Under the pieces are notes generated by a model. That model saw only the letters and a program-made list of their open reading frames with translations. It was not told where the DNA came from and searched no databases. Position numbers and translations under genes: made by a program. From positions 7,409-55,891 of the forward strand of contig CAZPEV010000002.1 of assembly GCA_964585635.1 (NCBI GenBank): a DNA stretch of 48,483 nt, written 5' to 3'. The DNA is from an uncultured Ignavibacteriales bacterium (GTDB lineage Bacteria > Zixibacteria > MSB-5A5 > GN15 > JAAZOE01). Below are positions 35,460 to 44,725 of the stretch, in pieces. The number at the start of each line of letters is the position of its first letter. The stretch's first letter is position 1.

Positions 35460-37124
35460 TCAGCTTTGCGGCATGGTCTTTGAGTCGTACCCGACGTTCG
35501 TCTGGTGCCATCCCCAGCGGATAAAGGAGCGGACGCACGGCGTGCCGGGCGGAAGCAGGGTGACGTCCGTAAGATCATTGTCAAAGGCCCAGTCACGGGT
35601 TGGCGGGGTGTAATATGAGCCATCCCAATTGCCGTTGAACTTCTCCATCAACCAGAGGCAGATGATTGATCCCCGATAGGTCAGCGTCTGGGTGGACCAG
35701 TTTTCCAGGAAACGGGGGAGGTTTTCCAGCCCGCCGTTATAGGCGGCGCCGCCGACTCCAGTCTCCTTGTTGCCGGTGATGTACGAGAAATTCATGGTAG
35801 TGCTGATAGCCGGGCGCTGGTTCTTATCGGCATTGGCTGCCTTGGCCGGGTCATCGCTCCAGTTGCCGGATAGAACCGTCAGGGCGTCGGTGATGATCGC
35901 CATCGGCTTCTTATTCGTGGAATTAATATTCCCCTTGGTGTAGACCGGAATCTCCGAGGCGATCGTCAACGGGAAGCCGATATCGCTGGCGTTATAAATC
36001 CGGGTGCCGCGCAACCCGGCCCGGTTGTCAGCGGTGTAAATGATGCCGTTGGGGGGGAAGTAAGTGGAACTCTTGAAGATGTTCATATCCAAATCGTAAA
36101 CGGTTACATTGGCCCCTTCCCGCTTGTCATGGAAGGTGGTTTCCTTCAGGGCGCCGCTGGCCAACAAGGTCGCGGTGACATTGATCCAGGTGGTTCCGGT
36201 GGTGTTGTAGAGCGCGACGCCGTCCATGATTTTGAACCTCGCCTTAAGTTCATAGGAGTCGTCGTTGCCGCCGCCGGCGGAGGCGCGGTCGATAATCAAG
36301 TGCGGGTCGTCGGGATTACTCACCGGAATGGACAGTTTGTCCTGGCCGAAGGTGTGGTCCTGAACTCGTCCCCCCCAGCGGGCGGCGGCGCTGTCGTACC
36401 AGTAGCTTTTATTCGCGTCCAGCCAGCCGCTTCCATCGCGCATCGAGCGCAGGACATTGTCAGCTCCGGCGACGTTGACATCGCCGTTCTCGACGGTCAT
36501 GCCTGAACCGGCCTTGCGACCGTGCTTGACATCGCCAAAGGCCGTGATAAAGGATGTAAGGTCGATCCGATTGCCCGACTCCAGGTATAAATCGCTGTTG
36601 CAGTGCACCCGGCCCGCGAGGGTCATGATCGGACCCGGAGCGATTTCGAGATCCTGGTCGTAGAAGACGGCGAACTGAAAGATCGGCACCGAGGCGACCT
36701 CAAAATTCTCCTCCAGCGTGATGGTCGTATTATGGCTGCTGTCATAGGCGGTCGAGCGAATGGCATAGGGGAGTGAAAACGACGTCAGGCCGGACAGGGT
36801 TCCCTTGGCCAACACTTTGGTCACCGCCGCCAGCGGGACGGTGCTGCAACCGAGGGCGATATCATTCATCATCAGGGTATCGGCCGGCACGATGGCCGGC
36901 GGCAACTCGGTGGTTTCGTATTCCGCCTCGATCGCGGCCGTCGTCTTCTCCAGACCGGCCTCGGCCACATAGAAGGCCTTCATCTCGTTCAGCTCGTTGC
37001 CCGCGATGTTCACCTCGTCGTTGGAGGATTTGATGATGCCGAGTCCGATGATCGAGAGCATCAAGGTCAGCATCAGGGCGATGAACAGCGCGATCCCTTT
37101 TTGATTGGTCTTCAGATAATTCAT
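35460..37124 (-). CDS. PilX-like type IV pilus minor pilin / assembly protein with a large C-terminal domain
   Basis: PilX_N-type N-terminus MNYLKTNQKGIALFIALMLTLMLSIIGLGII, which is pseudopilin-like and lacks Glu5. At 554 aa it is far longer than classical PilX. It is last in the V-W-X gene order. Confidence 0.7.
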   Translation of the reverse strand: MNYLKTNQKGIALFIALMLTLMLSIIGLGIIKSSNDEVNIAGNELNEMKAFYVAEAGLEKTTAAIEAEYETTELPPAIVPADTLMMNDIALGCSTVPLAAVTKVLAKGTLSGLTSFSLPYAIRSTAYDSSHNTTITLEENFEVASVPIFQFAVFYDQDLEIAPGPIMTLAGRVHCNSDLYLESGNRIDLTSFITAFGDVKHGRKAGSGMTVENGDVNVAGADNVLRSMRDGSGWLDANKSYWYDSAAARWGGRVQDHTFGQDKLSIPVSNPDDPHLIIDRASAGGGNDDSYELKARFKIMDGVALYNTTGTTWINVTATLLASGALKETTFHDKREGANVTVYDLDMNIFKSSTYFPPNGIIYTADNRAGLRGTRIYNASDIGFPLTIASEIPVYTKGNINSTNKKPMAIITDALTVLSGNWSDDPAKAANADKNQRPAISTTMNFSYITGNKETGVGGAAYNGGLENLPRFLENWSTQTLTYRGSIICLWLMEKFNGNWDGSYYTPPTRDWAFDNDLTDVTLLPPGTPCVRSFIRWGWHQTNVGYDSKTMPQS

Positions 37125-37136
37125 ACGACCTCCCGA

Positions 37137-37961
37137 TCAGGTTCCCAAATTGCGCAGATACACTTTGGACTGATACGTTTCGAAGCGGTACGGTGAATCG
37201 GCGAATTCGATGTCCTTCTGCTGTGTTCGCGCCGTCAGCGTGATTCCGACTTCCCGTATGTCCTTCCGCATCAATGCCACCGGCTGCGAGACGATCTGCC
37301 CGCCTTTCAACGTATAGGTGAATTGCAGATCGGTGATATCCTCGGAGTACACCTGCGGCGGGAAGCTACCCAACTGCACCATCAGCTTGGGATGCAGGGT
37401 GTCGCTCTTGTCGATGTAGTATTTCACCCGATCAATGGCCAGGATGATGGACCCTTTGGGATAGCAGCGGGACAGTTTCTTCTTATTGTGCTGGATCTTA
37501 CCCGGTGTCACCTGAACATGCGAGATCGGGAAAAACTCGCCATTCTGCAGGGTGGGATCAAAGATGTACGCCTCTTGTCCGACATAAAAGCAACTGACGT
37601 CGGAGGCGGGGCCGGTGCAGTCGAGCTCGGCCGACGGCTGCGGCATGGTTTTGTTGATCGGCGCGCTGCATGACGCCGATTGGTAAACGATGATGATGGT
37701 ATCGGGGTTGGTGTCGTAGGCCTCGATGGCCGGCAGGTTGTTGGGCAACTGGTATCCGGCCATACGACACTGCCGGGTCAGCTCGTCGACCGCCGCCCGG
37801 GCGTTTTGCTGCATCTCGATTACCGAATCCTGAATCATCCAGGCGTGATGCTGGTTGATATAGACCCGGAACATGGCCGTGGTCAGTACCCCGGTGATGA
37901 ACAAGGCCACCAGGATTTCGACCAGGGTCATTCCTTTTTCTGACTGCATATGATTGGTCAT
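37137..37961 (-). CDS. PilW-like type IV minor pilin (prepilin-type N-terminal cleavage/methylation domain)
   Basis: QSEKG|MTLVEILVALFITGVLTTAMF is a class III signal with Glu5. Size and position match PilW. Confidence 0.8.
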   Translation of the reverse strand: MTNHMQSEKGMTLVEILVALFITGVLTTAMFRVYINQHHAWMIQDSVIEMQQNARAAVDELTRQCRMAGYQLPNNLPAIEAYDTNPDTIIIVYQSASCSAPINKTMPQPSAELDCTGPASDVSCFYVGQEAYIFDPTLQNGEFFPISHVQVTPGKIQHNKKKLSRCYPKGSIILAIDRVKYYIDKSDTLHPKLMVQLGSFPPQVYSEDITDLQFTYTLKGGQIVSQPVALMRKDIREVGITLTARTQQKDIEFADSPYRFETYQSKVYLRNLGT

Positions 37962-37970
37962 GGCGGCCTC

Positions 37971-38333
37971 CTACGGGGCACTCGTCTTAATCATAGTGTG
38001 AATGGTGTTTGTCTGCACGACCGAGTCCCGGGCGGCCCAGGTGGCGGTGATGGTGACCTCGCGCAGATGACTGCTGGGAGTGCTGACGGTCCATTCGCGC
38101 GATACCTGTCCGACTACGTCCGAACCGGACTCGGGACTTGGGCTTGACCGCAGGCTTTCCAACTTCTCCTGCATCAACTGCGTAGAGGAGGTGGTGCCGG
38201 AAGCCCATTTGTTGCCGTCAAGGGCGATCATGGCCAGATGCAGAAGCAACAGGAGCGAGAACGAAAGGATCAGCATGGAGGTCATCACCTCCAGCAGCGT
38301 GAATCCTTCTTCGGTTAAATGTCGCCTTTTCAT
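37971..38333 (-). CDS. PilV-like type IV minor pilin (prepilin-type N-terminal cleavage/methylation domain)
   Basis: LTEEG|FTLLEVMTSMLILSFSLLLL. 120 aa. SD-like GGAAAGG lies 8 nt upstream of ATG 38333. Confidence 0.8.
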   Translation of the reverse strand: MKRRHLTEEGFTLLEVMTSMLILSFSLLLLLHLAMIALDGNKWASGTTSSTQLMQEKLESLRSSPSPESGSDVVGQVSREWTVSTPSSHLREVTITATWAARDSVVQTNTIHTMIKTSAP

Positions 38334-38709
38334 TTCGACAGCCTTTCCGCAAAAATCCCGAGATTGTTAGATCAAGATGTATGCCAAGACCGCCCGGATT
38401 CTCTTTGGGCGCCGCCCAGGTCGATGCGGCCAGCCGGGCAACGGGTGTCGAGGCTGGTAAGCTATTGCCGGTCAATGAATTTGGAATATTTTGGGAAATG
38501 AGGGGTCGGCGCCATCTGCAAATGCGGCCGACCCAGACAGCTTCCTGTTCCAGATTGGAATGTCTGGTGATTCGAAAAATATATGGACGGCGGCCCGACA
38601 GGTGTGGCGGCCATCCCATAGGTGGTCGACGGTTGGCCGGAATAAGTGGCGGCCATCGATCCGGACCGCGAAGCGTGATTATTGGCCTCTCGTTCGGGCG
38701 GGAATGTTG

Positions 38710-38739
38710 TTGCCTTCTCATTCCCGGCCGCCATATTAT
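38710..38739 (+). promoter_or_regulatory. Sigma70-type promoter for the channel gene
   Basis: TTGCCT (38710-15), 18-nt spacer, TATTAT (38734-39). SD GAGGGGA precedes ATG 38762. This supports rejecting the 38381 start. Confidence 0.4.
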
Positions 38740-38761
38740 AGCCATCAGTAATGAGGGGAAG

Positions 38762-39760
38762 ATGACCTGGGAAACCAAACTCCGACTGGCTCTTCTTTCG
38801 TTGGTGCTGACACTGGCGCTGGGCGTGGTCGGCTATTGGTCTATCGAGCATTGGGGGTTCCTTGATTCCCTCTATATGACCATCATAACCCTGGCCACGG
38901 TTGGATTTGAAGAAGTCCGGCCGCTGTCCGATACGGGGCGCGTTTTCACTATTGTATTGATTATCCTGGGTGTGTTCAATGGCGCCTTTGTCATTTCAAC
39001 GCTGGGGCAAATGATTCTTGAGGGTCAATTGCGGGCCATATTGGGTAAACGAAAGATGGAGAAGAAGGTGCAGAAATTGTCGGATCATGTTATCGTCTGC
39101 GGCTTCGGCCGCGTCGGTCGCCAGGTGGCCGCCGAATTCGTGCGGCGCCAGGTGCCGTTTGTGATAATCGAGCAGCAGGGAGAGGTCAAGGCGGAGGCGC
39201 CCAACCGCGAGCTGTTGTTTGTCGAGGGGAACGCCGCCGACGAAGATGTCCTGGAAGCGGCCGGAATCCGGCGCGCCAAAGCGGTCATTTCCACGCTGCC
39301 TGATGATGCCGACAACGTCTATCTGGCTCTGACCGCCCGTCAACTCAACCCGGATATCATGATCGTCGCCCGGGCCGAGTCAGGGGTGGCCCGCAAGAAG
39401 CTGATCCGGGCCGGCGCGGATAAAGTCATTTGCCCGCATGAGCTGGGGGGGAGTCAGATGGCGATGGCCACCCTGCGGCCGAATGTCGTTGACTTCATGC
39501 GGCTGGCCTCGGTCGTTCCCGGCGCCGAGCAACTCGGCATTGAAGAGGTTGCCATAAAGGCCGGCGGGAAGCATTCGGGAAAAACGATCGTCGAGGCGGC
39601 GGTCAAGACCTCCTATGATGTGATCGTGATCGGGCTGCGGAAAAAATCAGGGGAGGTCCAGTTCAACCCCCCGGGCGAGGCCAGAATGGAAGCTGGGGAT
39701 ATATTGATCGTCTTGGGGGAAAACAGCAAATTGGAGCAATTGGCCCTCGACCTGAGTTGA
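38762..39760 (+). CDS. Two-TM pore-loop cation channel with cytoplasmic RCK (TrkA-N plus TrkA-C) domains; atypical selectivity-filter sequence
   Basis: TM1, a pore helix and filter in DSLYMTIITLATVGFEEV, then TM2. RCK Rossmann motif VIVCGFGRVGRQVA, and a C-terminal TrkA-C-like EEVAIKAGGKHSGKTI...GDILIVLG. Confidence 0.85.
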   Translation: MTWETKLRLALLSLVLTLALGVVGYWSIEHWGFLDSLYMTIITLATVGFEEVRPLSDTGRVFTIVLIILGVFNGAFVISTLGQMILEGQLRAILGKRKMEKKVQKLSDHVIVCGFGRVGRQVAAEFVRRQVPFVIIEQQGEVKAEAPNRELLFVEGNAADEDVLEAAGIRRAKAVISTLPDDADNVYLALTARQLNPDIMIVARAESGVARKKLIRAGADKVICPHELGGSQMAMATLRPNVVDFMRLASVVPGAEQLGIEEVAIKAGGKHSGKTIVEAAVKTSYDVIVIGLRKKSGEVQFNPPGEARMEAGDILIVLGENSKLEQLALDLS

Positions 39761-39925
39761 TTCGACTCTTATGTCTTTTCGCGGAACCCATATTCTCACA
39801 CTGACTTACCCATTACATCAATTATCCTATTGAATAACGGCTCGTCGAACAGAAATAGCTTGCCAAGCGTTAAACGATTACCTATGTTTTTGATTAACCT
39901 CATATTAGGATGGAATAGTAGACTT

Positions 39926-42187
39926 ATGTATGATCGTACTGCGAACTACTTGATTGTTGCCACTCTGCTTGCTCTGGTTCTGGCGGTTGTTGCTGCGGCT
40001 CTTTTCGGGGAAGCGATCCTTCCAGTTAAGTTCTTGGGTGACATTTACTTGAATGCCCTCAAGATGATCGTGATCCCACTTCTCTTCAGTTCCATGATCG
40101 TCGGTATTACCAATCTGGGCGATGTCCGCAAGCTTGGGCGGATAGGTCTCAAGACTATCGGATATTTTCTTGTGACCAGTACCCTGGCGGTTGTGGTTGG
40201 CATGATCCTGGTCAACATCCTGCAGCCCGGTAGTGGTCTCAGGGTGGCCCAGCAGGTTATGCCGCCTGCGGCTGATATTCCGCAGGATTATTTCTTCTTT
40301 TCCTGGCTGACCGCGCAGATTCCGGCCAATGTGATTGCGGCGGCGGCCGCGACTCATCTGCTGCCGATTGTTCTTTTTGCGGCGGTCGTCGGCGCGGTTC
40401 TGATTTCGGGCAGTCCCAAGGGGAAACCGGTTATCGCCTTCTTTGACGGTCTCAACGAAGTAATGATGAAGATCGTCCGTGTCGTCGTCTGGTTTGCCCC
40501 GATCGGCGTGTTTGGGTTGGTGGCGGGCCGTCTGGGGGCCGAGGGGGGATTTCGGGGCGTGGCCGAGGGGATGTCCGCCCTAGGAGGCTACACCTTGGTA
40601 GTGGTCATTGGCCTGCTTATCCATGGCGTGATCATCCTGCCGCTGATAGTCAAATTTTTCGGCGGCAAGAATCCGCTGGAATTTGTATCCGGCATGGGCC
40701 AGGCGTTGGTGACTGCTTTTGCCACAGCCTCATCGGCGGCGACGCTTCCGATTACCATGGAATGTGCCGAGGAGCGGAACGATCTCGACAAGCGGGCGAC
40801 CTCCCTGGTTTTGCCGACCGGTGCCTCTCTGAACATGAACGGTACGGCGCTGTTTGCCGCCGTGGCGGCAATCTTCATCGCTCAGGCGACCGGCTGGGAT
40901 CTGTCGATTTGGTCTCAGGTGTTGATCTTGGTGACGGCGGTGCTGGCGTCGTTTGGAACATCGGGGATACCGCAAGCCGGTCTGATGACCCTGGCGCTGG
41001 TTCTACAAGTCGTGGGCATGCCCCTGGAACGGGTCGGTCTCGGAATCGGACTGATCGTGGCGATCGACTGGTTGGTGGATCGCTGCCGGACGACGATCAA
41101 CGTCTGGGGCGATGCCGTCGGCGCGGCGGTGATTGCGACCACGGCCGAAATCGGCATCGTTGAGCGACGCACCAGAATGATCGACCGGTTCCCGCGTCCG
41201 ACGCGATTCAAGAGCGCCGGCCGGCGGGAGGAGTTCCGAGGCAAACGCCGCGGATTCGAAAGTCCCCGCCCCGGTGGCGAGCGGGGCGCCGAGACCGCGA
41301 AAAGGCCTGAATCCGTAGCGGGCAATGTTCCCCGTCGAGTGATCGTGACCGAAAAACCCCGAGAGGAACGGCAGGACCACCGTCCTCCCCGCCGGGACCA
41401 GCGCGGCCGTGAATTTCGCGGCGCCCCCCAGCAGGAGCATTACCGTCCAGCCGAGCCGAAGAAGGCGGAGGACAGACCGCTGGAGAAACGACCCGAGCAA
41501 CCGGGATCATCTCGGCCGGTGTTCGGCCGTAAGCCATTCCGCGAACGGGGCGGCAAGCCCTCCGGTCGCGATCATGGCCGGGGTCCGGCAGAGACTAAGC
41601 CGGCTGAGACGGCGGAAGTGGCGCCGCAGCCTGAAGCGACGCCCGAAATCAAGACCGCTTATGAAGTCCCCAAGTTTCCGGCCCGGATTCTGGAGGAATT
41701 GACGGCCTCCAGCGCCAAGGCTGAGGTCTATGAGCCGGAAGCTGTGCCCTCCGATGTTCCCGAGGCGCCGGAGAAGGCGGAAGCCGACACGGAAACGACG
41801 GCGGCAGACACCGATTTCTCGCGCTTAGATCGAATGATCATGGGGGAACAATCCGAGGAGGCCGATGATCGTTCGGATGTCTCTTCCGAATCGGCCCTCA
41901 TCCCCCGGGAACCTGTCCCCGAGCCGATCAGCGATCGGCCTGAGACGGTTGTCGATCATACCACGGCTGAATCCGGGTCGGATATCGAGCCTGAGGCGGA
42001 AGAAGAGCCGAGGGTGCCGGAGGCCGAGCCGTCTCCCTCGCCGATTCGTGACGATGCGCCGGCGGTGCCGGATCAACCGGTCGACGCAGGCGATAATGGC
42101 GGTGATGATTCGGACAAAGGGAACGGAGACGACGACGGCGAACCGATTCGGTGGGGCCGTCCCAAGCAGAAGAAACCGAGCCGATAG
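39926..42187 (+). CDS. Dicarboxylate/amino acid:cation symporter (SDF/DAACS, GltP-like) with a ~340-aa low-complexity C-terminal extension
   Basis: The transporter core includes KMIVIPLLFSSMIVGI, SSAATLPIT and NMNGTALF. After ...GAAVIATTAEIGIVERR the ORF runs on through an Arg/Pro/Glu-rich then Asp/Glu-rich tail to TAG 42185-87. The start could instead be 39884 or 39830. Confidence 0.85.
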   Translation: MYDRTANYLIVATLLALVLAVVAAALFGEAILPVKFLGDIYLNALKMIVIPLLFSSMIVGITNLGDVRKLGRIGLKTIGYFLVTSTLAVVVGMILVNILQPGSGLRVAQQVMPPAADIPQDYFFFSWLTAQIPANVIAAAAATHLLPIVLFAAVVGAVLISGSPKGKPVIAFFDGLNEVMMKIVRVVVWFAPIGVFGLVAGRLGAEGGFRGVAEGMSALGGYTLVVVIGLLIHGVIILPLIVKFFGGKNPLEFVSGMGQALVTAFATASSAATLPITMECAEERNDLDKRATSLVLPTGASLNMNGTALFAAVAAIFIAQATGWDLSIWSQVLILVTAVLASFGTSGIPQAGLMTLALVLQVVGMPLERVGLGIGLIVAIDWLVDRCRTTINVWGDAVGAAVIATTAEIGIVERRTRMIDRFPRPTRFKSAGRREEFRGKRRGFESPRPGGERGAETAKRPESVAGNVPRRVIVTEKPREERQDHRPPRRDQRGREFRGAPQQEHYRPAEPKKAEDRPLEKRPEQPGSSRPVFGRKPFRERGGKPSGRDHGRGPAETKPAETAEVAPQPEATPEIKTAYEVPKFPARILEELTASSAKAEVYEPEAVPSDVPEAPEKAEADTETTAADTDFSRLDRMIMGEQSEEADDRSDVSSESALIPREPVPEPISDRPETVVDHTTAESGSDIEPEAEEEPRVPEAEPSPSPIRDDAPAVPDQPVDAGDNGGDDSDKGNGDDDGEPIRWGRPKQKKPSR

Positions 42188-42214
42188 CGATTTACACGTG
42201 GCAACTATGACAAA

Positions 42215-42246
42215 GCCGGCGGAGACTAATCTCTCGGCCGGCTTTT
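42215..42246 (+). terminator. Rho-independent terminator after the transporter gene
   Basis: GCCGGCgGAGA-loop-TCTCgGCCGGC (42215-42242) followed by TTTT (42243-46). Confidence 0.65.
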
Positions 42247-42470
42247 GCGTTGATCTCGGCGGCACGATCGCCGGCTGGATCGGCGTGCTCCCCTATTCTC
42301 GGCAAAGCCGTCTTATTGCGGCTGCATTAACGAGACGGATGATCGCCGGTTTCCGTCCAAACGAATCCCGAAACATTTTCCATCCTCTTGGAGTTGATGA
42401 GGGTAAATGGAATAGTGCTTGACAGGCCGGAAGACGGCCTGCAAATTGCCCGGGGAGAAAAGGAAGGACG

Positions 42471-43334
42471 ATGAATAGCCTGAAAGTGACCTTCTTATTG
42501 GTGCTGCTGACAATGTTGTTTGTGGGGATCGGTTTCCTCTTCGGCGGCCGCCAGGGGATGGTCATCGCGTTTGGTCTGGCGGTGGTGATGAATTTCGTCA
42601 CCTACTGGTTTTCCGATAGGATCGTGTTGTCGATGTATCGTGCCCGCCCGGCGACGGAGCAGGCCGATCGTCGGCTCTTAAGCATCGTCCGGCTTGCCTC
42701 GCAAAAGGGGAATCTGCCGATGCCCAGGGTTTTCGTGATTCCGACCGAAGCCCCCAACGCCTTTGCCACTGGACGGAACAAGGATCATGCCGCCGTGGCG
42801 GTTACGGAAGGGATTTTGGGTATCCTTGCACCCGATGAACTGGAAGGGGTTATCGGGCATGAATTGGCCCACGTCAAGAATCGCGACATATTGATCGGGT
42901 CGGTCGTGGCGACGATCGCCGGGGCGATCGGCATTTTGGCTTCGATGGCCCGCTGGGCCGCCATCTTCGGCGGCTTCGGCGGCCGCTCCGATGAGCGCAA
43001 TGGGGGAAACCCGATTGCCCTCTTGGCGATGGCCATCGTAGCCCCCTTGGCGGCGATGCTGATCCAGATGGCAATTTCTCGATCCCGGGAATATAAAGCC
43101 GACCGGGACGGTGCCGGTATCAGCGGCAATCCAATGGCGTTGGCCTCGGCCCTCGATAAGCTTCATCGCGCGCCGGTGCAGCTGCGGCTGGATCAGCGCC
43201 CGGCCACGGCGCATTTGTTTATCGCCAATCCGCTCTCAGGGAAAGGATTCGCCCATCTGTTTTCGACCCATCCTCCGGTGCAAGAGCGTATTAAGCGGCT
43301 GCAGGAAATGATCACCGGCAGGCCGGTGCGGTAA
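42471..43334 (+). CDS. htpX: Membrane zinc metalloprotease HtpX (M48 family)
   Basis: AAGGAAGGA RBS. Two N-terminal TMs, PNAFATGRN, zinc site [10 protein letters not shown], and a distal glutamate in [10 protein letters not shown]. Confidence 0.95.
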   Translation: MNSLKVTFLLVLLTMLFVGIGFLFGGRQGMVIAFGLAVVMNFVTYWFSDRIVLSMYRARPATEQADRRLLSIVRLASQKGNLPMPRVFVIPTEAPNAFATGRNKDHAAVAVTEGILGILAPDELEGVIGHELAHVKNRDILIGSVVATIAGAIGILASMARWAAIFGGFGGRSDERNGGNPIALLAMAIVAPLAAMLIQMAISRSREYKADRDGAGISGNPMALASALDKLHRAPVQLRLDQRPATAHLFIANPLSGKGFAHLFSTHPPVQERIKRLQEMITGRPVR

Positions 43335-43372
43335 GGAGATCGAAGCAGCCGGACAATTGCTCCGATCATGGT

Positions 43373-44680
43373 ATGCATTCAGGAATAATAGAGCTTATCG
43401 CCATCATTGCCCTGGTGTTGGCCAACGGCTTTTTCGCCGCCTCCGAGTTTGCCCTCATCGCCGCCCGAAAAAGCAGGATTAAGAATTGGGCCAGAAAAGG
43501 CGATGCTCGAGCCGCCCGCACCAAACGATTGCTGCAGCAGCCCGACCGCTTCCTGGCGACGATCCAAGTCGGGATTACTTTCATTGGGACTCTGGCGGGC
43601 GTCTTCGGCGGCGCCACGCTGGTTGACGTCCTTATGCCCCACATCAGGCGGGTTCCTATCGAGGCGGTCAGTGCCGCGGCCCAGCCGATCGCCATTATTG
43701 CGGTCGTGATCTTCATTTCCTCGCTGTCGGTGGTTCTGGGAGAATTGGTCCCCAAGTATCTGGCCTTGGCCAATCCGGAACGGATGGCTCTCGTTGTCAC
43801 CCGGCCGATTTGGCTCTTTTCGCGATTGACGTTTTTCCTGGTCGCTCTTCTTTCGTTCTGCGCGCGGGCATTCCTAAGGCTGTTCGGGCTGTCCCGGTTG
43901 CCGGAACGAGCCCATATCTCTGATGAAGAGATCAACATCTTGATTTCGGAGGGAATCGAAAAGGGGGTCTTCGATCCGACCGAGCAGAAGCTGATCAAGT
44001 CGGTTTTCGATTTCACCGATACCACCGTGCGGCAAGCGATGACTCCGCGTGTGGATATCGTCGGAATTGAGGATGACTGGTCGCTGGAGCAAGTGCTGAA
44101 GCTGATTAACACCAACGGCTTTTCCCGCTACCCGGTCTATAAGGAGTCATTGGACGAAATCACCGGCATCGTCTATACCAAGGATCTCATCCTGCCGATG
44201 ACGCTGGGGGAGACGATCATTCTCAACGATATCGTCCGCAAGCCGCTGTTTGCCCCGGATTCGATGCGCCTGACGGTGCTGCTGCGGACGTTTCAACAGC
44301 GCAAGGTCCATATCGCCATCGTGCTTGACGAATTCGGCGGCACCGCCGGGCTGATTACGATGGAAGACATCCTTGAGGAAATCGTCGGCGAAATACAGGA
44401 CGAGCATGATTACGACCAGCCGGATTTTGTACCTCATTCGGATCGCGTGGCCTTTGCCTCGGGGTCGCTTCGGCCCGACGAGTTGAATGAGTTATTCGGG
44501 GTGGAACTCCCGGAAAATATCTCCGATACCCTGGCCGGGCTGATTATTGAGACCCTGGGGCGGATGCCAACGCGATCGGAACAGGTGGCCGTGGGCCGGG
44601 TCCGCTTCAAGATTCTGGAAGGCAGCGCCAATCGGATCAAGCGCGTCCGGGTCGAAAAAATCGTGGACGACGGCCGATGA
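43373..44680 (+). CDS. CNNM/CorC/TlyC-family protein (DUF21 membrane domain, CBS pair, CorC_HlyC domain)
   Basis: DUF21 FFAASEFALIAARKSRI, CBS region VRQAMTPRVDIV...GFSRYPVY...VHIAIVLDEFGGTAGLITMEDILEEIVGEIQDE, and a C-terminal transporter-associated domain. Confidence 0.92.
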   Translation: MHSGIIELIAIIALVLANGFFAASEFALIAARKSRIKNWARKGDARAARTKRLLQQPDRFLATIQVGITFIGTLAGVFGGATLVDVLMPHIRRVPIEAVSAAAQPIAIIAVVIFISSLSVVLGELVPKYLALANPERMALVVTRPIWLFSRLTFFLVALLSFCARAFLRLFGLSRLPERAHISDEEINILISEGIEKGVFDPTEQKLIKSVFDFTDTTVRQAMTPRVDIVGIEDDWSLEQVLKLINTNGFSRYPVYKESLDEITGIVYTKDLILPMTLGETIILNDIVRKPLFAPDSMRLTVLLRTFQQRKVHIAIVLDEFGGTAGLITMEDILEEIVGEIQDEHDYDQPDFVPHSDRVAFASGSLRPDELNELFGVELPENISDTLAGLIIETLGRMPTRSEQVAVGRVRFKILEGSANRIKRVRVEKIVDDGR

Positions 44681-44725
44681 TCGGACGACGCCCGATTCAG
44701 GCCGGGAGGAGAACAGGGAATATCG

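Noticed and set aside
34682-35623. The 313-aa version of the CDP-alcohol phosphatidyltransferase ORF starting at 35623.
   Set aside because: The extension overlaps the 3' end of the pilX-like gene and spans its terminator hairpin. It has junk-like composition. A promoter with ATG at 35326 gives a normal ~214-aa enzyme.
38218-38778. ORF 38218-38778(-) and the N-terminal 127 codons of ORF 38381-39760(+), which fill the pilV/channel intergenic region.
   Set aside because: Both are Arg/Pro/Gly-rich with no motifs. A TTGCCT-18-TATTAT promoter and a GAGGGGA RBS sit just before ATG 38762, where the channel's first TM helix begins.
39830-39925. Upstream starts (TTG 39830, ATG 39884) for the SDF transporter.
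   Set aside because: A TTGCCA-17-TATGTT promoter-like element (39860-39888) overlaps them, and the first TM helix begins right after ATG 39926. They are kept only as alternatives.
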